Assembly: GCF_018350175.1 (NCBI RefSeq)
Contig: NC_058368.1
Span: forward strand, 166,906,001 to 166,970,000
From: Felis catus
Lineage: Eukaryota
Length of the DNA stretch: 64,000 nt
Reading direction: 5' to 3'
In this document: positions 11,651 to 24,126 of the stretch, piece by piece
Layout of the letters: the number at the start of each line of letters is the position of its first letter
How positions within the stretch are numbered: position 1 is the stretch's first letter
The notes under the pieces: model-generated
The model's input: the letters and a program-made list of their open reading frames with translations, nothing else
Database searches by the model: none
What the model was told of the DNA's origin: nothing
Position numbers and translations under genes: made by a program

Positions 11651-12749
11651 ACATTCTTACCCCTAAGGGTCACTGTTCTTAATGCCTGGAAAATCCCACG
11701 CTCTTGTCTCTGATTCAGCTTTTACTTGCCCCCATTTTGCCATCATATTGCCTCCTCACACAGCAGTCCTTCTGATTGACCTTCTGTTTCAGTTTTCCTG
11801 CTGAGACAGAAGCTATGCCATAGACCAACCCTCTTCAACGTGGACTAGCCCTGCTGTGCTGTTGTCATTTCCTTTTTTTTCAGAGCTAAAGTCTGTTTCA
11901 CATGCACCTTGCTAAGAGTCGTTATCTTGCCAGGAACAAACTGATCACTTTGTGATTCATGATGTAGCCATCTTTTTGACGTCAAGTATCACCTCTTTTC
12001 TTAGAACCTTCCTCCCTGATTCTACCTATTGGAATAAACTGCTCATATAGAGCTGTAACCCAAGTCAGGCCCAAAGGACCACAGTTCTACCTTCCGCTTT
12101 TCAAAGATAATCACTCTCCTGCAATAGAAAGAACCATTTATGAACATCTGCCAGTGCCTCCATACTTTCCAGAAAACGTTAGAACGTGTCAGCCCAGTTC
12201 TAAAAGGTCTTTCCACTTTTTTTGGAGGAAGGAGCAAGTAGAGAAAAAAAAAATAGGTAGTTCATATTGAAGTGGTAGGTGACATGGTGATATGGTCCCG
12301 AAGAAAAGAAATGTAGTTTGAAGCAATAAAACACCAGTGCTTAGAGAAGCTGAGATCACCTGCATTAGCACCTGCATTGTACCTTTTCAATCTAAAGTCT
12401 TTTTAATCCGGACAATGCCACAATTTTCAGTTATTTCATGTTAAAACTATTACAAAGGGGAAATGGAATTTTATAATTAATATAATTGTATAATTCAAAT
12501 ACATGTATAATTCATTTTATAATTAGGTTCATTTCACAGACATCACACCAGGTAACAGTCACGGTTGCGTCTACCACAAAGGCCTGGCATGTTCTCGAGG
12601 ATCACTGAGTGTGTTGTTGGTGATCAGTGAAAGTCCATGTTTTAGGGTTAACTTGGAACCCTTTTGAGAAACAAATCCATTCCTCATCTGCACTACATCG
12701 GCATCTCTTCACAAAAGAAGCAGCACAGATTAACCTCCTTGGAGACAAG

Positions 12750-12929
12750 GTAGGGATTGGAAGAGCAGGTGTACAAGCCCCATTATGTGACTGAGGAACT
12801 TGTGGCATTCAAAAGGGCCCCACTTTGTTGAACGCTTTATTGTCAATCTGTCAAACTCTCAGTATTTTTGAATAAGAGACCCACATTTTCACTGCCCACT
12901 TGGTCCCACAACTTAAGTAGCTGATCCTG
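12750..12929 (-). mobile_element. MER45-like hAT-Tip100 MITE
   Basis: AAAAGGGCCCCAC...CCCACATTTTCAC...AAGTAGCTGATCCTG; reverse complement of the type seen at 30908. Confidence 0.6.
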
Positions 12930-13177
12930 GCTGAACCAGTAGATATGTGTTTCTCACAAAACCTTTCATTAAGGTGCCATTGACCATTCAGAGTCTGTAA
13001 CATATGAATCAGGGGGTACATGTGAAAGTGAGAGTTAATTCTTCCTTAGCTATAGTCCTTATCATTTCTGAAAGTCCTAGAAAATGTATAAAAGCTAGAT
13101 AAAAGAAAAAAACACATGACCCAGAAATACAGCTGTGATCATCAATATAATCTCTACCAAATATTTAGCTTTATGTG

Positions 13178-13729
13178 TTTGGGGAAGGAGAAAGAATTTT
13201 CCCTTTACTCTCCTAGGTTTTCGGCTGAGAATCCTTGTAATAAAAGACGGATTAACAGGAGAATGACAACAACAAAAACAACAAACCCAGAAATGTAATA
13301 ATATATATACCTCTTGTATACAAGACAGATACCCAGGAAAACTGAGTAACACTCCAACATGGCCCAAGCTGCCACCTTGAATTCCATCTCCAGCTAACTA
13401 CAAAAGGTGTTGAGGGAGGGGGCAGTTATAGGATGTTATCAGGTAAAATACTATAAACAAGACTATGGTTGTTATGACGCTTTAAGTCAATGCCTTCCCC
13501 ACACATAAGATTTTCTAGGGTTTTAGTCCTCCTTCTCTTCCTGGGACAGAGAGAGCCACCCTTGCAAATGCAGACATCCCTTATGGGTATTAATGTCTCT
13601 TACCAAAGGGTAACTTTTACTCTGTTTTCAGAGCTTTTCCTATGTTGTGCTATTTATTAAAAATGATCAGCCTAGAATAATCCTTATGCCAAAGAGACAT
13701 ATTTTGGAGGCAAATTCTGCTTTCCTTCA
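13178..13729 (-). mobile_element. ERV1 solo LTR, MER34/MER39-like (copy 2)
   Basis: Co-linear with copy 1 (shared ACCCAGGAAAACTGAGTAAC, ATGGTTGTTATG, AAATTCTGCT); 4-bp TSD TGTG at 13174-13177 and 13730-13733. Confidence 0.78.
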
Positions 13730-14382
13730 TGTGCCATTAACAGAAAATTTGGTTAGGAAAAAGGTCATTTTTAAGCTCAAAGTCTCCTGCGAGGAAAATG
13801 TATAGATAAAAGACTAAACAATTATCTTGACAACAGTTAATGTGCTCCTCTCCCTTTGTAATCCAAATTGTAAGAAGAGTCGTTAAAACTTCAGTTATTA
13901 TATCAGTATAAAATTAAACTATTTTCTTTATAGTTCATCACACTGCAACCCAGTTAAGAGTTGTTGCATTGTAAAGAGCTGTACTTTGTTTACAATTAAT
14001 TCATTGAGCTTTCCTTTTAGTAGTCTTGATCAGAACAATTTCATTTGTTATTCATGCTGATTTACATAAATACTCCACAGCGTTTTCCTATTAAAGGACA
14101 CTTAAAATGAAGGGCAACATTTGCTTCTCTCCTCTTCTATGCAATTTATTTCATGTTTTCTTTGAAGAGGGTTGTTATGATCAGCAGACAGGAGCGAGTG
14201 AAAACATAATTTTAAGTCTTGAATGGTGATCATTTTCAGTCTTTTAAAGACTGCTAGCCTTAATTGATTTGTCTCCATGTGAACTGAACTGTTATGTCTG
14301 AAGAGAAGCTTCCTTTAATCTCTCGTATACTCTGAGGACCTAAGCATAACGAATAACTTGCTTTAAAAAATGATATTTCTAA

Positions 14383-14685
14383 CTCATTCATTCATTCGTA
14401 TAGTACTCAAAAAGTACTAGTTAGGTATCTGCTATGTGCAAAGCACTGTCCTTAGGCATAGGAGATATAAAAACAGGAAAAAAACAAACATGATCTGTAA
14501 CCTAGAACATAAAGTCTAGTAGAAGAGATAACATTTAACAAGTAATCGTGAAAACAAAGGCAAATGGCCTCTGTGGCAAATATATGAAAGAGAAGTACTC
14601 AGAGCTAGGAGACATACGGAGGAAGTCAGATGGGTTCTAAAGCAACACATTTGAGTGAAGATCTGAAAAATAAGTAGTGTGCAAA
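14383..14685 (-). mobile_element. L2 3' end (continues at about 17085-17470 after the L1 insertion)
   Basis: CATTCATTCATTC tail, TATCTGCTATGTGCAAAGCACTGT, ACATTTGAGTGAAGATCTGAA. Confidence 0.7.
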
Positions 14686-15033
14686 GAGTAATTACAGTAA
14701 TTATTTACATCAGAAACAAACATTTAGAAAATACATTTTAATACAATTTAATAACAATTGCAGTTAAAATTATGACATACTTGGAAATGTTTCTTTATAA
14801 AACATGTTCAAGAAATTCATGGAGAAAAAAAGTCGATTTGAAGATGTAAAACAAAACTTTTAAAATGTCTATGCACTAAAAACTCATTATCAAAATTATG
14901 TCACTTTTCAACAAATTAGTCTCTAAATTCAATGCACTTTTCACCAAAATTCAAATACAGTCTTTCATTGAGTTTGATAACCTAACTAAAGAGAATGCAT
15001 GTGAAAGAATAAAGAGCTAAAAATAGCAAAACC

Positions 15034-15148
15034 GAGGGCACCTGGGTTATATCCAAATCCGGATTTCAGCTCAGGTCATGTTCTCACTGTTTGTGAGAGT
15101 AAGACCCCAATTGGGCTCCAGGCTATCAAGTGCAGAATCCTGCTTGGG

Positions 15149-15188
<40 letters not shown>

Positions 15189-15257
15189 CCTCCCTCACTC
15201 TCTCTCTCAAAATAAATAAATGTAAAACAAAAAACAAAACAAAAAACAAAAAAAACG
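15034..15257 (+). mobile_element. Can-SINE with deletion in the head
   Basis: GGGCACCTGGG...TTTCAGCTCAGGTCATG, long (CT)n, A-tail; TSD AATAGCAAAA. Confidence 0.9.
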
Positions 15258-15730
15258 AATAGCAAAAACATTACTGAATAAAAACACTTACACTACAAAA
15301 TATCAAAACTTCCTTTATACAGTAAGTTTTAGTATATTCATTATTGATACAAGAATTTTAAAAGTAAACCAAATGGAGAATTCATGATATAGGACAAATT
15401 TGATATTGTAAATCAGTGGGGGAAGTATGGACTACTTAGTACACGTAGGCATTTGGTTATATATGATCATAAAAACAAAATATGTCTCATATAACACACA
15501 ATTGTAAATTTTAAGTCTAACTATAACATTAAAGCACAATAAATATGAACCGCTTTAAAACTCTAAGAGAATGTAAGATAGTACTCTTACAATCTTAGGA
15601 TACAGAGATTTCTGGATATGAAGCACCAAAAGCAATTTGTAAGTAAAAAACTGAAAAATTTAATTACATTAAAATTTAAAATCTGTTCAATAAAAGACAT
15701 CATAAACTAAGTTAAAAGAGAAGACACATA

Positions 15731-15955
15731 GGTGTGCCTGAATGGCTCAGTTGGTTGAGCGTCCGACTTTGGCTCAGGCCATGATCTCATGGTTTGTGAG
15801 TTCGAGCCCCACATCGGGCTCTGTGCTGACAGCTCAGTCTGGAGCCTACTTCGGATTCTGTGTCTCCCTCTCTCCCTCTGCCCCTCCCCACTCATGCTCT
15901 GTCTCTCTCTGCCTCTCAAACATAATAAGAAAAAAATTAATAAAAATTAAAAAAA
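15731..15955 (+). mobile_element. Can-SINE (SINEC_Fc2-like)
   Basis: GGCTCAGTTGGTTGAGCGTCCGACTT...CTCAGTCTGGAGCCTACTTCGGATTCTG; flanks share AGAG..GACACATA. Confidence 0.93.
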
Positions 15956-17703
15956 TAGAGGACACATATAAGGAGAAGCTATTTGAAACACATGTGATAA
16001 GAATATTTTAATGTCTAGATGTAAAACATTTTTATAAATCAATAAGAAAAAGACAATGACCCTATATAACATTGGATAAATTAGGTGAATAAGCAATTTA
16101 TAAAGAAGGAAATTGCCAATAAAGTTATGAAAAATATTGAGCGTTATTAGTAATCAGGAAAATGGAAATGAAAACAGCATAGTTGACATGACCAAATTTT
16201 AGGAAGCAAGTCAAGAAATGGATGTTTCGATATGAGGATGAATTGGTAAATCTGTATTAGAGAACAATTTAACGACATTTTATAAAATTGAAAATGTCCA
16301 AGCCTTAACCCAGCAATTGTACTCATAAGTATATATATATTAGAAAAACTCTTACATTTAGGCATAAGTAAAATGTGGAAAAATATTCATTGAACCATTA
16401 CTTATAATAAATAAGATAATAAGAGGAGGCATAAATTACCACATGATTACACAGTTAAATATAACCATTAAAGTGAATAAATTAAGTCAACATGGATACA
16501 TTTACAAAAAGCAGTATTGCTTAGGTAGCAGGAACTGTGTAAACCATGTGAATCCATTATATGCATTTTTTAAGATGCAAAAAAACTATACATACACACA
16601 CGTTCAGAGATCCCTATCCGAACTCTTGCTCTTCAAACATAGGAATCGATAGATTCAGGTAAATTTTCATATAAATCTCCTCCTCCCCCTCCATCTAAAT
16701 TCTCATTACTTGCTATTTGAAATTCCAGAAACTAAGAGATTCAGATAATTTGCTATTCTTTGCTCCCTAATCCTGTACCCAAACTCTTATTATCCAAATT
16801 CAGATAAAGATTATAACTGTACAGAGAGGGTAACTTTGAGTATAAAATAATTACTGGGGATGCACCAGATTCCCAATAGTGTTGATTTAGGATTAGGAAG
16901 GAAGACAATGAAATAATAGCTACACAAGTTACTTTCAATGTTTCTGTAAAACATTTAGTGTTTAAAAAAATTCTGAAACAAATGTGAAAAAATATTTAAC
17001 TCAATAAATAATGTGTAGACAATAATGTTTGCTGTTATTCTATGTATGTTTCCTAACATTCAAAATAATGCTGCAGACTTTGAAAACTGTAAAGAATTCA
17101 TTAGGATATGAGGTGAGTTAATATTCCAGATAGAGTAGCATATGTGAAGATTTGTGGCAGGATGGAACATGATGCACTCAAGAAAGTTAACCAATTCTTG
17201 TGTTCTAGGGTAGAGAGGCCAAGAGAGGCAGGGATGTGAAGGGATAGTGTAGGCTCTCTAGGGACTGTTAGGATCCAATGACTTTATTCTGAGAGCAAAG
17301 AGAATTCATAGAAAATTTCAGATATTTGTGCAAGGGTAAGGAGGCTTTGGGTGGTAATAAGATTGATCTTTTAAAAAGGATTTAATTTAGTTGCAGTATG
17401 AGAAATGATTTGGAGTGAATCCAGTGGATGTGAGTGGGTATTAGGAAGGCATTTCAGTACTCCAGGTGATTAAGAAAAATTGTAGGAAATATTACAACTT
17501 TAGCAGAAAAAACCTGAGTTAGGTATAGACATCAAGGTTGACACTTAACACTAATATACTCATTGGAAGATGGAGAGGACTACACAAAAATAAGAATCTG
17601 ATCCAACTTGATGATTCTTGCATCTAAAATTGAAAATTATTACCAAGAATGGCTTCTGAAGCACTCTTATGGTCCCTTAAGCCTAAATGAAAAGATAATA
17701 ATA

Positions 17704-17927
17704 GGGGCGCCTGGGTGGCTCAGTCAGTGAAGCATCTGACTCTTGGTTTCGGCTCAGGTCATGATTTCACGGTTCTGTGAGTTTGAGCCCCATGTCGGGC
17801 TCTGTGCTAACACTGTGAAGTCTGCTTGGGACTCTCTCTCTCCCCCTCTCTCTCTCAGCCCCTCCCTTGCTCATGCTGTGTCTGTCTCTCTCAAAAATAA
17901 ATAAATAGACATTTAAAAAAAATTTTT
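17704..17927 (+). mobile_element. Can-SINE
   Basis: GGGGCGCCTGGGTGGCTCAG head; TSD AAGATAATAATA at 17692-17703 and 17928-17939. Confidence 0.95.
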
Positions 17928-18109
17928 AAGATAATAATAATATAGGATAGTGCCTCCACATACAGAATTTAAGCCAAAAAGTGTCTAATAGTTACTACAC
18001 TGTTTTATTTAGATCTCCATGGGCTCCAATATATATATGTATATATTTTTTAATATATATTTATAAATTAATATATATTTTAATATGATTTTTACAGGGA
18101 CTAGATATC

Positions 18110-18580
18110 ATCATTCAAGATTCAATTCAGGTATCACTTTCCCTAAGAGATCTTCTCTGATCACTACTCATATCACATTAACTTCATAGGATTTATTACT
18201 CCATGAAATCATATGTTATCTTGTTATTGTCTCTAGCAGAGTATAAGTTCCCTGAGAGCAGGAAAATTATCTGTTTTATTTTTATTTTTTAAATGTATTT
18301 ATTTTGAGAGAAAGAGAGCACAAGCAGGGGAGGGGCAGAGAGAGAGAGGGAGAGAGAGAGAATCCCAAGCAGGCTCCACATGGTCAGTTCAGAGCCCAAT
18401 GCGGGGCTGGGGCCCACAAACCGATCGTGACCTGAGTAGAAACCAAGAGTCAGTCGCTTCACTGACTGAGCCACCCAGGTGCCCATGTCTGTTTTTTAAA
18501 TGTTCTGCTTCACCATCTACAGCAGCACTGACACAAAGTAGGTACTCAACAAATAGTTGTTAAATGTATAAGTGAATAAT
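18110..18580 (+). mobile_element. L2a 3' end interrupted by a SINE
   Basis: TATAAGTTCCCTGAGAGCAGG before and GTAGGTACTCAACAAATAGTTGTTAAATG after the SINE. Confidence 0.7.
18280..18484 (-). mobile_element. Can-SINE
   Basis: Poly-T, GA tract, ...CTGAGCCACCCAGGTGCCC; flanks share TCTGTTTT. Confidence 0.93.
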
Positions 18581-19319
18581 TTCATAGGCACACGGGAAGA
18601 GAGCACAATAGAAAGACGGTTTTATTTCTCGATCCCATCAAATTTTGAGCAAAAAAGGAAAATAAAACAGAAAAAAAAAAGCTAAGTAATGTCTTTCAAT
18701 ATATTTATAGATTCTTTCCTCAAAAGACCTTACAGTCATTTTCAGAGATGTCAGCCTTATTATCCATCACACATACACTGGCATTCAGTATGGAAATTCC
18801 ATATGCGTGTAGTCCATCTCATAAATTCTGGTGTCATGCTTTACAATTAATAAATATTTACTACCACAATTGTCTACTTCAAATGCTGAGGAGCATATTT
18901 AAGGCTTCTCGGGAGACATAAATATTTCATGTTAAGCATTCTATGTGACAAGTACAAAATATAACAACAAAATCCAACGGGTGGAGCGCATTTCACATAA
19001 TCAATCATGTCCTAAGACAAGTGTTACAAATAAAATGGATGAGTTCAACATTTCTGGGTCAAATATAATTGCCACAATGCACTTACATATTTGATAACAG
19101 TGAAGTGAATGGGAACATTAGATATGAAGCATATTTTACTTAAATATAATAATGCATATGAATATAAAATTGTTAAATTATATTATTTATATTGAGAAGG
19201 AATTGTTTTTAAGCAGACTGAATTTTAAAAGTATCTGAATAGTTCTAAGTGTAAGCTTACACTCATAAACTGCCCACTGGTAAATAAGAGACCCAAGTTG
19301 GCAGATTTCTTGATGTATT

Positions 19320-19700
19320 TGTCACAAGGGTCCAGGCTGCAATAACAAATACCCCAAATCTCAAGAGTTTAGGACGACAAAAATTTCTTCCTTATCCGTG
19401 CAAAGTCCACATGGTTCTAGGCCACTACCTAGGCCATCTGTCTACCATTCAGTGACTCGGGTAATCAGGCTGCTTTAATCATTTGGTTCTGACATCTCAG
19501 CTAATGAAGACTACAACCACCACAGACAAGGAAGGGAAGACACTAGCAGGTCACTAAGTGGCTTTTAATTTCATTACCCTAGTGTAGCACACATCATTTC
19601 AACACACATTTTATTTGCCTGGAACTAATTACATGGTCCCATGTAATTGCAAGGTGTTGGAAAGTGTAATTTTTTTGTGTGCCCAGGAAGAAGTGACAAC
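19320..19700 (-). mobile_element. MLT1-like MaLR LTR
   Basis: AGGCTGCAATAACAAATACCCCAAATCTC ... CTAATTACATGGTCCCATGTAATTGCAAGG...GGAAAGTGTAAT...TGTGCCCAGGAAGAA. Confidence 0.65.
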
Positions 19701-20759
19701 CACACTTGATTTTTTTTAAACTCTAAAACTCTTCAAAATTAGCATGATAACATATCACAAATCCATCACAGATTAAGCAAAATAGATTCCCCATCTAAAA
19801 AATATATTCTGTATAATCATGGTAAATTATCATTCAAGAGTTTACAGAATACAGATGGCAAGAAATAGTCCTAACATCTAATTTGATGTATGATAGAATT
19901 TAGTTGGCAGATGTTGGAATTACTTTTCAAAAGAACATTTGGTCAGCATCAAATTGTAACCAAATAAGCAAGCTTTTACTTTGTGGTACAACTAAATCAA
20001 TCTTTCAACAAAAATTTTTAACGTCACTCACTGGGACTAGAAGGAAATTACTAGTAAAATGTAGAAAGACAGTCAAGAAAAGGATCTTTTAGCTCAGAGA
20101 TATAGTTTGAACAGTCATCTCATTATTCTAAAATACTAAAGATTAGGCATATTTCCATTTTCAATATTATTCTCCTTAAAACGTTATTCTCTCTTCAAAT
20201 ATGCCCTGAAATTTTTGGAAATTGGTAATAATTTGTCATTCCTTATCAGAAAAAAAAGAATCCTCAGCAAATATTTAACATAAATTTTGAGCCGAAAATT
20301 AAAATTGTAGAAATATACCTAGAAGATAATTCAAATTTTACATTTGAATTTGGACTTTTGAGTTTAATGAATTCCCCAAAATACATACCATTTTAACAAT
20401 CCACTAACAAACAAATTATTTTTTATGGCAGAGGAAAATGTTATTGTGTTATTTTTCACTTTTATATGCTCTTTTATCTTTATAATTCTTTCAAAATACT
20501 ATCTTTTTCTGAACATTTTTACTAATTGAATTTATCTCACTCACATTTTAAAGTTGATGGTGTTAATTACAATTTATCATGGCTTCCCTACCTTTTCCAA
20601 CAATTATTGTCTGAGCTTTGTTGTATATGACATTCCCAATAGACATATGAGAATAATCTATTCTCTTAGAAGTAGGTGGTTTGAATACTATTACTTAAAA
20701 GGAACTACATAAGAAAAAAAAGCAGGAAAAAAGCAATTATAGTGCTTTTTAAACCCACA

Positions 20760-22190
20760 TAATTAGTCAAATAAAGAAGGCAAAATATGTAAAAAAAAAT
20801 ACAAAAAATCAAATGAAATAATATAGACAGTAAAGTTTAATTGATAATACATGCATGTATACATCCTATAAATAGAGACTACACAATTTTTTAGTAACAT
20901 GAAACAATTTTTAGGATTTATGACTTATTGATCATAAAGAATAAAGTCAGTGAATCCAAAGAATGCAAAACATGTGACTACATTTTTATACCATGATACA
21001 CTAAGTCAAGATGTTAATAACTATAAGTGAACAATAAGAAAATAAAACTATAAAATTATTTAAACAACTTAATATAAGCAACTAATTAGTAATATAAATG
21101 AAGGTGTTTTATAAATGAAAATAAAACATATTTTAAAGTGTTTTCTTAAAATAAGAAATGGTAAAGAACAATTGGAGAAGACTTTGAAAGTTATGAGATG
21201 TTGTGTTATGGTAATATATTTTATATCTTACTCTAGTGGATTTTCTGACAAAATTAGAATCCCCACAATTATCATACATAAAAATGCCAAATAAAACACC
21301 AAAATTGAATTTAATAATTTATTAAAAATTAGTTCACCACATCCAAATAAGGTTTTTCCCTAAACAAATTTTTCCCTATACAAATGTTTTTGTATAATTT
21401 ATAACACCAATAAAATTTAGATGAAAAGCTATATGATCATCTCAAAAGATACTCAAAAGATATTTGATGAAACTTGACCATAATCCCAAGAAATATTCTT
21501 AGTAAAATAGGAATAGATGAGCACTCCCTAAAAAAATGCTATAGAATATCTATCTTAAATGAGCAAACAACACATTAATGAACAAACATTAGAGGCTTTT
21601 CTAATAATATTTTAAGTTTCATAATAAGGATGCCTGTCATGCTAATTACTATTTAACCCCCTTCTATCCAACGAATAAGAAAAGAAATAGAAATAATAGA
21701 TGCAAACTTTATAAAGTCAAATTTGTTATTATGTTTAAGATTTATGGTCTATCAAGAAAGCCTAAAATAAAATACTAAGCTACAATTAGATTTAAAAAGC
21801 AAGTTTATTGAGATAATAGACCAAAAAAACCCTAATATTACAAATCTAAAATATATCTAATAAATTTGCAATAACAATTCACAAAGTACCCTTAAGAAGA
21901 TAACTTAAAAATATAAAATAAATAAAAATATGTGAATAATGTATAGAGAAAAGTATCAAATTTTGCTAAAAAATATAAAACAGGTTTGACTATATAAGAG
22001 ATACAGAAAGTTCTTGACGGGAATAATGAGTGTTATGAATATGGTAATTTCCTCCAATTTAACATAATTCCAATTAACATCCTCATTAAATCAGTTTGAA
22101 TTTGATAAAATTACATTTTAAAAAAATGATTATGTAAAACAGAAGAATTTTGAAAAAGAAAGTCGTAAAGGGAAATAAGAACCAAATTAG
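20760..22190 (+). mobile_element. Old L1 ORF2 remnant
   Basis: ATGATCATCTCAAAAGATACTCAAAAGATATTTGATGAA at about 21433 (MIISKDTQKIFDE, compare L1 MIISIDAEKAFDK); AAGGATGCCTG; very A-rich. Confidence 0.7.
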
Positions 22191-22863
22191 ATTCCCATGA
22201 ATTCATCCACATATCTCCTAAAAAGAATGTTGTTAAAGCTTTTAATTAAAATGGGTCTGGCAAGAAAACCAAAAAATGTTCTAGGTCTTCTCTCAATTCA
22301 TCCATTTTGCAGCAACTTGGTTTACTTCAGGGAAATGTAAGTTGCTTAAAAAGAAGCATTGACAAAATAGCACGCACTGACTAGAAACAGGTCCAGAATT
22401 TCATTAATGTCTACAGGGATTTTAAGAGACTGCCCACAGAAATAAAAATTTAAAACAAACATAAACAGCAGTTTTAAAATAAAAGAAATTGTGTGTCCTT
22501 TTATCAAGAGAATATTTTTCCTCTTGAAATGAGATTCTTTCTAAAGACAATTACTCACCAATTTGTCATAAATCTAATGATTTTAAGCTTTTATTTCTCA
22601 TTTGAAGTAAGCTTAACACAAATTTGTATGAAATGTTCATAATCTTAATTATTTTTTGTGAAATCTATATGTTTATTTGCAAGTAAGAGTGAATGAAGAA
22701 AAAGTTAATAAGTTAATCTACTCAGAGGGAAACAAATTAACATACTCACTTTCCAGAAAATATACAGCATTATCATAGGCAATAGCCTCCTATATTTCTC
22801 CCTTCATTCAGAGAAATGAATATTCCACAGACATGGATTTAAATTAATATTTAGGTATATCAC

Positions 22864-23058
22864 GGGCACCTGGGTGGCTCAGTTGGTTAAGCATCTAACT
22901 TTGATTCAGGTCAGGATCTCATGGTTCATGGGTTCGAGCCCTGCGTCGGATTCTGTATTTTCAGATCCTCTGATCTCCCTCTCTCTCTGCCCCTCCCCTG
23001 ACTGCTCACTCACTCTCTTTCAAAAATAAATAAACACTGAAAAAAACAGAATTAAAAA
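22864..23058 (+). mobile_element. Can-SINE (internal deletion)
   Basis: GGGCACCTGGGTGGCTCAGTTGGTTAAGCATC head, CT tract, AATAAATAAAC tail. Confidence 0.92.
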
Positions 23059-23108
23059 TTAAGTTTATCAAATATATTACTATAATTTGAAAAAATAAAA
23101 TGGTACTT

Positions 23109-23140
23109 AAAAGCTACATAATTGAAAAGCTACATAATTG
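23109..23140. repeat. 16-bp perfect tandem duplication
   Basis: AAAAGCTACATAATTG twice. Confidence 0.9.
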
Positions 23141-23343
23141 AAGTTCCCTGCAGTTTTTGCATATATCCCACTACTTCTTAGGAGTTTTAATGTAAAATTC
23201 TTCTTCTTCTTACCCTTCTAAATCTTCTTTAATGATTTTAATTGTAAATTCCAACTTGTAAAATAACTTTACCATTTTTAAATTTCTTTTGCTTTCAAAT
23301 ACCTTGTACCTCTTTGTCCATCTCTCTGCTTTTTCTTTCCTCA

Positions 23344-23414
23344 CCTCCTCCTCCTCTTCTTCCTGATATTGATGATGATGATGATGATGATGATTCTTCT
23401 TCTTATCAATTATA

Positions 23415-23458
<44 letters not shown>
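23344..23458. repeat. Compound trinucleotide tract (CCT)n/(GAT)8/(TCT)n/(ATT)14
   Basis: Read directly from the sequence. Confidence 0.92.
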
Positions 23459-23919
23459 GTTTTAAGCATTTTCCTTGCAAACACACACATCTAGATTTTG
23501 CTTTGAGTTGTAATCTATGTCTGTTTTTTTAATGGATAGTTTCAGTCTATTCATATTTAGTGTAATTAATAATATATTTGACTTTATTTTAATTTACTCT
23601 ATTAATTATTTTAGATTTTATTTTATTTCATTCTTGGCCTACTTTTTGCTGGCTGTTTTACTGATTTCTATTCTAGGTTTCTCCTCCCAATTAGTTTGAA
23701 GATTTTTTTCCTTTCTACAGCAATGTTTTGTATCATTACTTTCTTAAACACACATGATTCTACTATTATTCATTCTATTACTATTACATTAACCAATTTT
23801 CCTCATGTATACTCACTGCCTCTTTCACAATGATGTTTCAATTCCCATCTTGCTTTGCTTTATTTCTTCCTTCCATAGAATAAAACCTTTAAAGTAGGGT
23901 TTCTTCTCTTTTTTCCCCA

Positions 23920-24126
23920 TTTTATTTATTTATTTTGAGAGACAGAGTGTGCATGTGTGCAAGCAGGGAGAGAGGCAGAGAGGGAGAGGGGGAGAGAGAA
24001 TCCCAAGCAGGCTCCATACTATCAGCATGGAGCATGACGCAGGGCTCGATCTCATAACCATGAGATCATGACCTGAGCCAAAATCAAGAGTGGAAAGCTT
24101 GACTGAGTGAGCCACCCAGGTGCCCC
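23920..24126 (-). mobile_element. Can-SINE
   Basis: TTTATTTATTTTGAGAGA...GAATCCCAAGCAGGCTCC...GAGCCACCCAGGTGCCCC. Confidence 0.93.

Larger units (their letters stand above)
14690..16620 (+). mobile_element. Old L1 (L1ME-like) ORF2/3' region containing two SINEs
   Basis: AAATTCAATGCAC, AAATCAGTGGGGGAAG, TTAGTAATCAGGAAAATGGAAATGAAAAC, AACCCAGCAATTGTACTC. Confidence 0.7.

Noticed and set aside
10356..13729. The two MER34-like LTRs as ends of one provirus
   Set aside because: Copy 2 has its own TSD, no PBS or PPT is evident, and the spacer contains older L2 and MER45 fossils.
20328..20350. 9-bp inverted repeat AATTCAAAT-N5-ATTTGAATT
   Set aside because: Short and AT-rich, so expected by chance in 64 kb.
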